From assembly GCA_010909165.1 (NCBI GenBank), contig MU008196.1:650177-714176 (forward strand): a stretch of 64,000 nucleotides of DNA. Reading direction: 5' to 3'. Position 1 is the first letter of the stretch, and each line of letters begins with the position of its first letter. Origin of the DNA: Anthoceros angustus (Eukaryota; Plantae; Anthocerotophyta). The position numbers and the translations under genes were made by a program. Below, piece after piece: positions 49,354-63,758 of the stretch. The notes under the pieces are model-generated. The model saw only the letters and a list, made by a program, of their open reading frames with translations, was not told where the DNA came from and did no database searches.

Positions 49354-51196
49354 TGTCACACCCGTGACAACTTACGACACAAGTGTGAACGCAATATTCC
49401 CCGCGCTTAGTTCACGTAGCTAGGTAATTCGGTTTAGTATTATCCCTAATAAATGCCGAGATAATTCAACATAAAGGCGCGTAGTTGAGCCCGTCCAGTA
49501 TAGTTAGTCAACCCGCTCGGCAGAACGGCTTGGACGCGGCCGTTTGACCCGAATCGGATCGTACAAGAGACATCCCGAAGATCGAACAAGCGGCCAATTT
49601 CCTCCGATCGAGTCTCGCTCAAGCCTCGCTGCAGTCGGTCTGCGGACATTTGGTATCGAAATTATTTATCCACCGCTGGAGCAGTAGGTTGCCAAAGAAT
49701 GGACGCTGGATTCCGGCGGGGCCTGTGGAGAAACTCCACGAAATTGTGCTCCAAACCCCTAAGTCAATCGCGGAGGCCCGCGGAGCGATGAAGAACGGCC
49801 GCTGAAGGGATTGGTGACCGGTCCAGGAGAGGACGCACCACGCCTCTGATGGAGGGACGCCTCCGATGCGTAACCTAGGACAGAGCATAGAGAGACGCCC
49901 GGTCAAGAGAGGCGCAGGGAGAAATTGCTGCCGAGTAGCAAGAGCGCGAGTTGGGAGTCGCTGTTTCACCGGTGCACGGTCGGGAGGGACACGCCAAGTC
50001 GTGGATTATGGCAACCTAACCCGCACCATCGCCGGCCGGCCCCGGAAATGAGGAAGCATCCAGATCCTACATCGAAGAGAGGTGGACAGCAGCGAATGTG
50101 AAAAGACGTCTCCGGAACGAGAAGGGACAACGCAACCCAACTTGTTGCACACCGTGCAAGAACGCATAGTCAGTGTGGAGCAATCCTGTGAAGAAATCTC
50201 GGGAAGTTTAGAAACGCAGGGCAAGAAATTGCGAGAGGTGGAAACAGCGATCAGTCGAGTAGAAGCAAACCTGGAGGAAAACCAGGCCCACTCGAACGCC
50301 AGCTTGAGGGCGCCCCACAAAGCTACTGGGACAATCTGAGTCACCCCTGCCCCAACCTCGCCTCCCACCCACCGGCCACCCAAGGTCATCCATGCCCGAC
50401 CGTGAACAACACTCCACACCCGCCTCACCTTCATACCAAAGTCTAATGAGAGCGAGGAAAAGCGCCAAGACCCGGCAGACACACCGCGGCCACTCATGAC
50501 CGGCCTCCGGGGCCAGTGTGATGGCGAAGCGCTGAGGAAGCTTTTGGTCGAGTTGTTACCTGGAGAGAAAGATAACCAAGAGATCAAGTATAAGAAGGCT
50601 ACAACTCATGCGTATTTAAAATCGGGAGTCACAACGGTAAAGATGAAGATTACCAACGAGGAGAGGAAGGTGAACTCTCGCTCAAGTCCCGTGCCCGCTT
50701 GGATCGGATCTCGCAGAGGAAGATTAAACATCCACCTTGACGGATTGCAGGACGCAGCCGCCTATGATTGATCGATAAGACGAAAGATACCGCGCTCAAG
50801 GAGAAAGACGACCATCGAGAATTCGGCTTTTGCACCATGTCCTCGAAGGGTACGTGATATCGATTGTGGCGGCAAGAGTAAACGATGTGAGCTCTGGGAT
50901 GGAGGAACCCATCCACTCGTGGACCCCTGCTCTACAATGCAGAACAATTCCTACCCATCAACCACCTAAGGACCTATATCAAGAGTTTCGAGACTATCTC
51001 CCAACAAGGTACCATTCAAGATGCCATGACTTTCGTACCACCGATATGCAAGGTCTTGACGTAAGAGCAGAAATCAAGAAATTCGCCGATGGCCTACCAC
51101 GATTTATAGGAGATGCATGACGCTCATCAGAACGAACCCCCACCGGTGGAGGCAATGAAAGTCGTAAGGAATTACGGAGTCAACAAATATAAGTAT

Positions 51197-54100
51197 TGAA
51201 GGATCGTGGCACATGATGGTGGAAAGAGGAGAGGAGAGGAGGAGGCAACTCTCACATTGAGATGAGGCTTGGAGGGTATTTATACCTCCAATAGGGCTCC
51301 TAGGAAGCTCCACAAGAAGCCCCTAGGAAGGAGCACAAGAAGCTTCCTAGTGATTAAGCTAAACTAATGATACTTAATCGACACCTAACTTAGACTAAGT
51401 GTATTCTAAGTACATTGGGCTTTAATACCCTTACAACCTCCCACTTAAAGGCCAATTTACCTTCAGAGAATGGACTACTCATGCCCACTGTCCGAGCTTG
51501 TGCAAATTGCTGTAGAGAGTCCCTTGGTAAGAATATCTCAGGTTCGGGCCGGTGAACCTTGACAAGTTGTACCCTCTTGTCATCCAACACCTCTCGAATG
51601 AAGTGATACTTCACATCCACATGTTTAGTCTTCGCATGAAACACTGGATTCTTTGCCAATTGGATAGCACGCTATCACAATGCAACACCGGCACTCAACC
51701 TTGATCCCCAAGTCTCCCACTAAACGAAAAGCCATATGGCTTCCTTGCAAGCCTCTTGTCGCAACATACTCGGCCTCGTGGTAGATAGCGAATGCACGAT
51801 CGCAAACGAGATCGCCATGAGACCGCCTCCAAAGGCACATGAAGACATAACTCGATGTGGACCTCCTTTGTCCATATCCTCGTGATAATCAGATCCGTGT
51901 ACCCAACCACACATGCATCTTCACTACCAAAACATATGCACAAAGCTTTTGTACCATTCAGATACCTCATAACTCCTTTTATCGCCTCCCAATGCTTCTT
52001 GCCGTGGTTTGACATAAACTCGCTAACCACTCCCACCGCAAAGGCAATGTCGTGACGTAGCAATCATTGCATACATCAAACTCCCTACATGATGAGTATG
52101 GGACCTTCTCCATTTCAGCTTTGTCCTCCTCGTAGCTTGGGCAATCCGCTTGAAAGTTTCACATATGGAGGCAATGGAGTACCCAATGGCTTCCCTTCCA
52201 TGTTGAAACGTTGAAGCACCTCTTAATGTATTCCGTCTCGAGACAAATAAAGCGACGCTTATGTCTGCTCCGACGAACACGCATGCCAAGTATATGGCTC
52301 GCCTCCCAAGTCTGCTATTTCAAAGTGAGCATTCAACTTTGACTTCAACAAATCTCATCAAGATCGCTCCAAAGAATTAGCATATCATCCACATAGAGGA
52401 TCAAAATGAGCAAGCTTTGATCCTTAGCTTGCTTTCAGATAGAGGCAATGATCCTCATCGCCACGCTTGTAGCCTTGAGAAAGCATAAATGAGTGGAACT
52501 TGTGATACCACCTGCCGTTTCAAACCATAAAGGCTCTTCCATAACTCGCACACCGATTCTCTTTGCCCTTCTCAACAAAACCTTCCGTTGCGTGCATGTA
52601 GACTCTCTTGAAGGTCACCATGCAAGAATGCCGCTCATCCATCCGCATAAGTTCCATATCATTCCCGCAACCAAAGCAAGAACACATCGCAGTTGTCATT
52701 TTGACTCGTGAGAAAATCTCATCAAAGTCAATGCCGTTGTTGCTTGAAACCCTTAGCAACCAATCGTGCCTTGTACTTTGGTTTGCCATCAAGCGGTATG
52801 ACCTTCATCTTGTACACCCATTTGTACCTCTTTTATCCTAGGCAACAACCAACTCCCAAGTTTGGTTCTTATGCAGCAATTCATTTCGATCGCATGGCCT
52901 TCTCCCACTTCTTGTTGCTCATTGACATGGCCTCTTTGTAAGAAGAGGGTTCCCCACAACTGTCAAGATGACATAATCCGTAGATGGATCATACCGCCGT
53001 GAGGTCGTAATCCGCCGACCTACGGCACTGTGCACCTCTATAGGTGCTTGTTCGACTCTGGTTCATCTATCGGTGGAGGAATGTGCTCCTGACATTACCA
53101 CGTATCAACCCCGCCATGATGATCATGTCCATCTTCTTGAAGATCACCCTTCGCACCTCCACAGCTTGGAGTAGGCTTCCTGTGCATCTTGTTCTCATTG
53201 AAGAACACGTTAGTACGAACAACCTTTCTAGCCTCGATCCCACAAACGGTATCCCATCTCACCTAATCACCATAGCCAAGAAAATACATTTCTTGGACTT
53301 AGGTGCCAACTTGTCCCGAAACTCTTTTGGAACATGGCAAGATGCCTCACCCAAACACTGCAGATGCTTGTAGGATGGTTTCTTTCCGCACTATAGCTCC
53401 TCGAACCCCGCTCATCAACAAATTTTATTAGGAGATCTCGTTAATAAGATGAACTGCAGAGACATCGCTCGCCCAAAACCCATTAGGCAATCCGTAGTTT
53501 GACAACAAACTACGATCCTCTCCGAATGGTTCGTTTCATCCGCCGCCCACACCATTTTGTGAGGAGTATATGTGGGAGATCGGGCTTCCAGAGATTCATC
53601 CTCTAGCTGGCCACACTTATCCCACTGTGCTCAGACGCTTGGGTTTCGTCCCATGAGACTTGCGAACGGTCGGATCTTGAGAACCTGCCACACGCAGCTA
53701 CACACTACCTCGGCCTTCTAAACAAGCAAGGCGCCTCTCACGCTCCCTCTACAGCTACACCGCCTTGACCGCTCGTAAATTCACCCACGCCTACCTACAC
53801 ACCCCCCATTGAGGTCCACACCCCACGGCAAGAGGTCAACAGTTACACGAGGGGACCCCTACGCTGCAACGCGACTTCACCACCCCGTGATCTTCCACTA
53901 TTCCCCCATCGCCTTCCCACAATTGGCACATCGTCAACCACCAACTCCGATAGCAGGCTGGCCCCCTGCTCGCTCCTCAGACCTACAACCAACAACAAAC
54001 AATTGTAGGGCCTACCCCTCCTACCACTTGTAGGAGAGTTGTAGGAGATCTAGTGCACCAGGCCAAGACACCCTCATTCCTAGTGGGAGGAGACACCCTA

Positions 54101-57100
54101 TCCCAACGCACGCAGGGCGCATCCTACCACGGTAGTCGCACCGGGCGCAAATTACCTCGCCCTAGTTCAAGGCCTCCAACTTCCCGGCGCCCAACTACAA
54201 CATGGCGCCCACAAAACTCCACACCTGGCAAGCAGCCACTTACACCTCCGCTCCGCTCCATCGATCTCCGCCTCCCGGACCTACAACGACATCCCATGAG
54301 GTCCCACCCCTGGTAGGTCCACGCCCACGCATAGGGACCCCTACGCAGCGCGACTTCTCCACCCCGTGATTTTTGAGACCTTAGCCCAGCCCCTCGGTTT
54401 GGTGCATTTGGGACCCCTCCCTTAGGCTCGACTTGGGCCTTCTTCTTACTCCTAATCTCTACCTACTCCTCTACTCAACATTCATCCACATTCTCTCCTC
54501 AACACTCACCTCAACTCAACTCCTCATCCTCCTAATCTAACCTTACTTCAAGCTCACTGCCCTAGCTCGCCCTTACGGCACAACCGCCTGGGTCCGCCAC
54601 AAGCCAACAAGTTCTTCCTTGGGGTTGCTATGAGTTTGCACTGAGACGAGAACCTCCGTGGAGTCTTTCCTGTAGTCTACCCTCAAGCCGAGAGTTCCTT
54701 GGGCATCGCCACACCCAAAGCAAAGCAATTTCACAAAGAACCATTCACAAGGGGAGCAACTGCAGAGGCGCCCGCAGGCGAGCTCCGCCAAGCACTCCGA
54801 CCACCGCAAACTCCCTCTCTACCGAGACGCTTAGCTTGCACGAAATTCCTTCACAAGGAGCAAAGGACTCATGAGTTTGGGAGCGCAAGACGCGATAATT
54901 TTACTTCACAAGCTCCTCCTTTATAGGGAGGTCCTCACATACCTCCCTCGCGCCCTCTGCACCGCCTCACTCCTTATTTTAGTGTATCCTGACTTTAAGT
55001 TCGACATCCAAGCATCTTGGGTAAAATTCTATTCTAGCAAACTCACCTATGTGAGCCTTAATGGCTCTCCAACATTCCTATCTAGCTAGTCAACACCCCT
55101 CGGGTTGACAAGCATTAATGCCTCTGTCCTCCTCTAAAGAAAAGTCTCCCCAAGCAATGAGCCCACACCAAGCTACCACCAACCCTTCAATTACCCTCTA
55201 GATGTCGACCGCCTGGTGATCCCACGGATGTAGGGCCACCCTCTACACCTCCCTAACTCCTAGAGGGTCACTTCTTATGGCCCTACCGCCTCCACGCCTC
55301 CACCGCAAGAAGGTCTCCCGTGAGCGGATCTTGCTCCATGCCTTCCTCTTCCTCCTCCGAGTCATCCTCTACGGCCTTCCATACCTGTTGGGCATGGATC
55401 TGCATCCCTATTCCCCTCCTCAAGTTCCTCTTCCCCGGCTCCCTAGCAACCAACTTGCCCTTCTTAGGTGCGCTTTCACCATCTTGTACCTTCAAAATAA
55501 TCGCACAAACAAGACAAGCGCACGCCCATGCTGCTTTCCACCTAGTTGTCACCTCGTCTACACACAATTGCAAGATTTCTTCACTGCCACACAAAATCCA
55601 CCAAGAGAGCAACTTCCCTTTCCACTTACTTCCTCTTCACTCCACGTCCCACCTAGCTCAAACTTGATGTCCTCACAACATACTCCTTATGCGCCCAAAT
55701 CCCTCACTTGCAAGGTCCTAGGCACAAAAATTCAGCGCCTTGCCCTCTTCACGTGTGCTTCAAATCTTCACACACAACTCCTTATGCACGCACACCTCCT
55801 TCTCCTTGCACACACGGGCACCTGCTCACCAAGTCCTTGCTCTAGCTTTCTGCATGCACAAGCTCTCCGATTCCTCGAGCTTCCTAGGTGCCACTCCTAC
55901 ACACCCGCTTGCATGGCCTTTGGTAGTGAGAAACTCCTTGATATACCCTGATTCCTGCCATGTGGCACTATTTCCAGCCCCGCCTCCAGGAGCTCGCCCC
56001 ATAAGACCCCCACATCAGTAGCACTCATCCATTCACCTACCCACTCGCCACGAGGGAGACCTCACTACGGTGGGAGACACTCATCCTACCCATCTACCTA
56101 CCTAACTAATGCCCGTAGGAGCCCGCCACCCTACATCCTACCCATGTAGGCCACCTGTCACCCCACATACTACCCGTGATCTCCCCTACTTGTTCTACCC
56201 ACTATCCCCACTTATGGACTGTTCCCACCCATACATCTACATGGTAGGGACGCCCCACTACTACCTACACCCACCCTCCAGCCACCTCACCCCACATACC
56301 CCTGTGCACCCTCCCTCCCTGTAGGGTCCATGCCCACGTCCACCCCACCCCACACCTCCTTCTCATGAGGGTGCACCTCCACCTCCCTACTCATGTGAGA
56401 CCTCACCCTACACGTGCACCTCCTCCACCCCTACCCATTCTTGTAGGGCCACTACCTACACCCCGTAGGGATGCACCTCCTCCATGGGGGAGTGCCATGC
56501 CCCACGTCCACTACCCTACACCTCCCTTGAGGGTGCACACCAAACACTCCAATTAGCTCTCATGTGACCGCAAATATAATAAGCACACCTCACACAAAGG
56601 TGCCCCATCTATCTCCAATTAGCTCTCATGTGACTTCAAATATAATAAGTTGAAACACCTCACACAAAAGGTGCCCCATCTCAAGATCGATCCACCCTAG
56701 GACGCTTAACTGGAGTTCTTACACTTCATTGTCCAACACACCCAATTGGCTTGTGCACAACACTCAACTTGAATAAAACTTATTCCCCGTGAACTCCTCA
56801 CGCCTCACAACATCTCGTATCAACCTCCTTATACCATTTCTCCTCGCCACCACAACGGCCTCCCTTCACTTTGACTTGCAGCCACCGCAAATTCCGCCAT
56901 CATGATGCACACCGTGTGGATCCTTCACCATGTTGCACCCACCGCAACCGCCTTCCTATGGTTTGGCCACACCCCATCTTGCACAAATTCAGCCGTGAGT
57001 GCTCTACCACGGCCTTTCCTAGTTCAACACACGGCCATCCTCACATCGTGACTCCATTGAGAGCACTTCCATGTGCCTTGACCGCCCATGGCCTCCTCTT

Positions 57101-60100
57101 GCAACCCTTGTGGCTGCTCACCTCAACATGAGCCCTCGCCCCATCCTTGCACCGATTGCCGCTCCTCTCTCGCATGCCGAGCTCCCAACCTAGAGCCCCG
57201 CAGCATCCCACAATTCCACCATTACTGCACTTGGCCCATCTTCCAAAGAACCCTTGCCACACATCTCTACCTAGCACCTCCCATCGCAAATCTCAGCAAT
57301 ATGAGCACCGCCCATGTCTCACTTCTTCCACATGTGGCAAATTACTTTCCCCTCAAACTTGGTGGTGGTCCCCACACCGTGCCTTGCCTCGCAAGCCTAT
57401 CAACTACTGCAAAGAACCTCAAGCTACCTTGGCTTAATTGCCTTCACCCTTTTCCCACTGGTAGGAGCTACCCTATCACTGGTAGGTCATCAAAACGCTA
57501 GCTAGGCTTACCCACAGCAGGACATTCTCCCACCCATACCTACGGGGTAGGAGTTCTCCACTTAGCCTACCGTAGGAGTTTCTCCCACGGTGGTAGGATA
57601 CCACCACGTAGGACATCTCCCACCGCTCACATATGTCTCCTACCCTCCTCACTAGAAGGTCATTTCGATCCGCTTTTTTCCCTAAGTATCCTCTCGCCTT
57701 CCCGACAAGATCCTACAAATTTCAATCGAACAAAAACATTTCGTGACATGTTTCCACCAAACCATTTCTATCAAAAGCAATCGGACTTCAAAAACAACTC
57801 ACTTAAACCAGTTGCCCAAACTTTATGCTCCACAAGATATTTATCGCAATTAATTCTCTTTGATTCCCTTGGAATCACAGAATGACCGGAAAGCTTTCAA
57901 ACATACTCTCCACCATTATCCGCCCAGACACTTCAATCGGCCGATCGATTCTCTACAAGGGTGACAAATTTCAAACACCGCCGTAACTTCATCATCCTTT
58001 TTCCTCAAAGGATAAACCCACTGCGTGAGAAATCATCTATGAAAGTGACAAAATAAGAGGCACCGCCTAATGAGAGTATAGGTCCACATACATCATCGCG
58101 AACCAACTCAAGAGGTTTACTCTACTTTACCTCTTGTTCGATGTGATGATTTTGTCTGCTTCCCATATAAACAAAGGCTCACACATCGAGAGATCAGAAG
58201 AACAGGATATAACCGTAATCTAGATAAAACCTTCATTCCCTTCCGAGACATATGTCCTAACCGCAATGCCACAAGGAAACATTGCCACATGCATCACATG
58301 ATCTTTGATGAACCGGTGAGTACAAAGTGCCACACTTCGATCCACGAGCTAACACAGAGAACCTTTGAGATCTTCCAAGAGTGATCCCCAAACCAAAGTG
58401 GTAACCAAAGATCATCCAACCGTCTCGCGCTAATCATGCTCTTTGTCAACTTCGAACATGCCTAACGCCCTTCAAGATGAATGAAGATCCGTTGTCAAAC
58501 TTGAGTTGCACATCACCCACGCCGCGATCCGGCATGCATAGTTATTTCCAAGCCTAACGATCCTTTCCTTGTAGCATCATACGCGTAAACCACTCTCGAG
58601 GAGTAAAAAAGATGCACAGTCAATTATCCAATTGCGTAATAAATGACTATCCACTACCGTTAATTGTGCAAGATTCAAGTAAGAAGAGATAAGGACATCT
58701 CCGCCTCAACAGTAGTTTAACTCTTCCAACCTCGATGACGTCGCCTTGTCGCCCCGCTTCTTCTTTCCTTGGTCCTTTTGAACTTCTCGCACTCTTTGAA
58801 GTGACCCTTTGTGACAATAGTGACACTCCACATTCTTGTTACTACTTAGATTTGCTACGAGAGAAGCTTCCGTCCGCTGTTTCCCCTTCAGGACCTCCTC
58901 TCACTATGAGGGCATCGGAACCTTTGAAGGTTCCATGTTTTTCCTGCTCACCTCCTCGCCAATGTGCTACCTTCTACATTTACAATGGTAAGACCACTAG
59001 CAGCGTAATTACTCGTGAGTCGCATTTAAAGGTATCCCAACTCTCCGTAATGTGACCAATAAAACATAGCTCACTAACGGAATGGATACCTTGAGATGAG
59101 GCTTGAAATGGTATTGAAATCATTCAGATGATCTGACATCCTCGCCTTCCTTCATCTTCAAGTCCACCACCGCTTTCAACCAATAAACACCGAGAAGCCG
59201 CACTTTGCTTCTCATACAGTCACATACCGCCACAATCAGAACTCGTGGTCTTATCTTTCACATTGAAGTACACTGCTTTTGACAATGTTAGCATGATAGT
59301 AGATCTAGCAAGCTCATCCAGTCCCCCATCATCCGAGTCATACTATCTCGGTTTGACGCCCAATGACTATGGGCTTGATCGCTCGCACTAGAACGTTATA
59401 CACTTGTTCTTTCCGTAACGGAAGTTAGTACCATCTAACTTCGATATTGAAATGACGTTTTCTCGATGATGAAGACATCATAACTCAAAAATCGATATGA
59501 TAAAACACTGATCGCCTTGTCGAAAAGTCAAAGAAGACGTCACCACCGTGCGGCCCGTGTATTTTGCCGCTGATCGTTCCACTCGAGTATTCCGCCGAAT
59601 ATTTCATTTACGCTGACCGCCACGCCTCGGTTTTGCGCCGCGCCACTTCGCGCCAAGGCCGCCGCGCCTGCACGCCACCACCGCTTGCGCTGCCAGCCGC
59701 GCCTGCGCCAGCGCTGCCCCGGCACAAGCCTCGCGGGTTTGCGCCTCAGCTTCGCGCCAAGGCGCCGCGCGCCCGGCTTGCGCCCCGCGGGTTGCGGCGC
59801 AAGGCCTGCTGGCCGCATGCCGGCGCTGGCCCGGATGCGCCAAGGCGCGTCGGGGCGAAGGCGGTGGCCGGCGCGGCCGCCTGCTGCCCGCCTCGCGGCT
59901 CCGCCGCGCCTGCGCCGCCCGCGCGTCCGCCCGCGCTCGCTGCTTCCGCCGGGCCGGCTGCGTGCGGCCAGCTCATGCCCGCTTGCCGCGGCCGACGCCG
60001 CACGCGCCGCCTGCGCCCATGCGCCACCACCGCACGCACCAAGGCCCGCTCTCCACTGTGCTCAAGGCCTGCGGGCCCTCCGCGGGGTCGCGGGCTCGCG

Positions 60101-60488
60101 GGTCAGCCCGCCTCGCCACGGCCTCGCGCTCGGGCAGCCTCGCCGCGATCCGGATCACCCGCAATTCCACGAGCCGCTCCCACCTCGTAGCTAGAAAATT
60201 CTAGCATCACAACACAACCAAACCAAAGCTCGATACCGCTGAAGGATCGTGTGGGCACATGATGGTGGAAAGAGGAGAGGAGAGGAGGAGGCAAGAGTAG
60301 CTCTCCCATTGAGATGAGGCTTGGAGGGTATTTATACCTCCAATAGCTCCTAGGAAGCTCCATGAAGCTCCTAGGAAGGAGCACAAGAAGCTTCCTAGTG
60401 ATTAGCGGGCCTATACATGATACTTAATCGACACTCCACCTAGATTAAGTGTATTAGTCTAAGTACATTGGGCTTTAATACCCTTACA
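51197..60488 (-). mobile_element. Tnt1/Tork-like Copia T1, copy B, AGTAT TSD
   Basis: LTRs 51197-51435 and 60240-60488 (TGAAGG..CCTTACA on plus); AGTAT at 51192-51196 and 60489-60493; DIAFAVGVVSEFM, KHWEAIKGVMRYL, KNPVFHAKTKH. Confidence 0.9.
53572..57845. mobile_element. Unclassified insertion U, copy B
   Basis: Homologous to 30046-34321, at the same position in the integrase. Confidence 0.7.
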
Positions 60489-63100
60489 AGTATTTGAACA
60501 CAACCAAGTGGAACAAAGTCGACATGCTTCCGACAAGAAGGTGGTGTTCAAAGTATTGACAGAGGACAACGTAAGCAATACATGGACAAGCACTTTCACC
60601 CGCCGCCTGCACTACGGTTCTCGAATTCTCATCGCCGTGACTTCCTAACTCGGTGCGAGACCGGCAAGTCCGAAACCCACAAATGAGCCTACAAAACGGG
60701 CTCACTCCAAAGTTAGAGAAGAACCATCAGCCTAGTCAGCAGCAAGGTGCCATGGAGGTACTCCTGACTCTCTCACTAAACAACCATGTTCCACATCAAG
60801 CTCCTCATGGGAGTAGAAGGCTACTTGCCACGGGGTTGGACTGTGGAGCGAGTCATCACTACATCTCAAGGTCACCACGGACGGCAGCTCCAAGATCCGT
60901 GAGTCGAACCTATCGACGGTGGTCACCGCACTCAATGAGAGAGAAACCAGCCGGGTAGGGTAGAAGCCATGCTTACCACCTTCCGTGGATACCGTGAAAT
61001 CATGAAACTCACTATGCCGAACCTATGCCATGACATCATTATCGAAGCCTGGGTTGGCAATCGCATTCCAACAACTTAGATATTGACTGAATGCAAATGT
61101 AGTTACCTTGTCCATAGGGAGGTCGCCGCTTTGTAATGCCCGGGAGAAATACATTCCGCATAAGCACCTCTACTGCCCCGCCTTTTGAACAGCCACCGCC
61201 CACTCAGCTCATGTATAGCCGACTCAAGCGAGTGATGCCACTAGGAGGCACGGCCGAGTCTAGGGCAGCTAAAGCCAAAGAAATAGAAGACATGCTCCCT
61301 GAGTACATGCAGCAGATGCTGAAGGAGTTCGAAGACATCTTCAAAACACCTACGGACCTACCACCTAGGAGGAGCGTCGACCACCGCATCGACCTCCTAC
61401 CTGGACATACACCAGTCAATATGCCTCCATGCAGAGCATCAGCAGCAGAAAGCGAGGAAATCAAACGACAAGTGGATGAGTTCCTGGCCAATGGGTTTGT
61501 GAGACCCTCCGTCTCACCTTTGCACCTCTTTATCGGTCGCAAACCGTATGGAGCATGCATCGACCATCGAGGGTAACAGAAACAGTAAAAATGTTTACCA
61601 AATGCCATGGATTGATTTACATCCTAGATCAACTCCACGGCTCCACTGCTCACAAAGATGACTTAAGGTCGCTTCCATCGATACGTATTCAGGTGACGTA
61701 GTACAAAACGCATTCCGTACATCTGCCATGGTCATTTTGAATTTGTTGTCATGCCGCTTGGTCTTACTAACACCCGCCACCTTCCAAGGTTCCGATGCAA
61801 GAAGTCCTCCGTCCCCCTGCTAAGAGAGGGACGATTTTTTAGATGATATTCTCATCTACTGAGGATGTAGAAACACACTACAAACTTGTTAGAGAAGTCT
61901 TCTCACCACCAACCCCAGCCAAGCGAGCAAGTGCGCCTTCATGCAACCTCGAGTGTGAGTATCTAGGTCATATCATCATGCCCAAGGCATCCACGAGACC
62001 CTAGAAAAATCAAGGTCATTGAAGAGTGGCCCTTACCTCAAGACATGTTGCAACCGAGAGGTTTCCTGGCCTCGCAGTGTTTCTATCGCGCTTTATCAAA
62101 GATTTCAGTGAAGATAGTTCCCTCACCGATGCCCTCCGCTTAGTCAACCTCCAACTCCCCTCAGCAATTCAAGCTGCCCAAACCCCAAAAAGCGGTCCCC
62201 CAGCCTCCCGCCAGCATGCTTCCTACGTAGTACACACCACACGCATTTTGCTATGGGCGCAGTAACACAACATGGCAGGTGATTGCATATGAATCAAAAA
62301 ACTACAAGGGGCTCAAATTAACTATCCGAGTCACGACAAAGAAATGGCTATAGTTCACGCCTCTCGTGGTAGGAGACACTACCTATTAGGACAACCGCTC
62401 ATCCGCAATACGATCACCATTCACTTCAAAGATTTCTTCACTCAACCAAATCAACGCAAAAAGGAGGGCCGAGTACCGCTGACTTCAACTTTGATATTAA
62501 GTAGTCACGGAGCTTCAACACTGATGCCCTCACCGAGAGCTTGTGCACTTATGTCGCCCCAACTCGACACAATGTGATAGACGGACAACCATTCCCCATG
62601 ACCCCGCCTACACAACGCATAACGACCGCCCATGATGCCAAGCTAGGTCAACCCCCCTCACCCAACTCTACTCACCAAAGACGCCTCGCATACTCTGAAA
62701 GGTAGGCTTGTCATCCCGAACCAACTCCACCATGTAAAAAGCTATTCTCCATGACCTTCGACACACCCATAGCAGCCACCTAGGCATCGATAAAACTTCT
62801 ACGGCTAGAGTCAAGAACACCTCCATTGGACCTGCCCTGATCAGATTGAGGGGTCCGCCTCATCGGGCCCCGCCATCAGCTAAGCGTTAACACGAAATGG
62901 GCCTTCTACAACCGCCCAATTCCGGGGCTTCGGCTCCTTTCCATGGATTTCATCACTCACTTACCTCGCTGTGTCGCCGCGATAGCATCTGGGTCGTGAT
63001 GGACCGCCTCACAAAAACTGCCGCATTCCCGCCCGCCTACCATCACGCACAAAAGTTAGCCCACCTGTTCGTCAAGGAAATTTTCCGTCTTCACGGAACC

Positions 63101-63758
63101 TGTCGCACGAGGTAAGCACTTGAATTCATATAAGCACTTCCTCGACCAACAACCAAGCAAACAAATCTAATACGGTATATAGGTGCAAACCAATAACAGA
63201 ATAGCTCGCACGCCGCGCACAAACACACTCTCCCACAGAACAACACGCAAATTCCTCACACATCGCCTCCTGAGTCATAGCTTTGGCCTCCTCACAACAC
63301 CTTGCATTGATATCTAGAGGACAAGCTATGATCCGAGCTTGTCTCAATGGAAGGGTCTATATATACTAGACCTGGCATCGATATTCCTAAGATATCCTAT
63401 TGGCACGTATATGCGAAATATCCTAAGAATACACTATAATATGCAATATGCCAAAGCATATTACTTGAGCTTATCCACTTAGCTATTGTATCCTAAGAAT
63501 ACACTATAATATGCAAGAATATGCCAAAGCATATTACTTGAGCTTATCCACTTAGCTATTGCTAACCATGTTTGATGCTTGCCAATGATGCTTAATTAAC
63601 ACCAAGCACCAGATTAATTAACACTAATCAACGCTAATTAACACTAAGCACTTTAGATTAATTAACACTAATTACTTACAAGATAAGTAATTAGATTAAT
63701 TAATGCTAATCAAACACTAAACCCAAGTGCGTAGATTAGTATCGCCTGATGACGAGGT
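63101..63758. mobile_element. About 650-bp insertion (possible solo LTR) in the G1 integrase
   Basis: KEIFRLHGT stops at 63100 and RNFISDRD resumes near 63759. The insert starts TGTCGC, has ACGAGGTAAG near both ends and an internal 70-bp duplication at 63419-63561. Confidence 0.55.

Larger units (their letters stand above)
37367..60973. repeat. Tandem segmental duplication, copy B
   Basis: Collinear with copy A; at 60973 the Gypsy pol continues (GCCATGCTTACCACC) instead of looping back. Confidence 0.9.
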
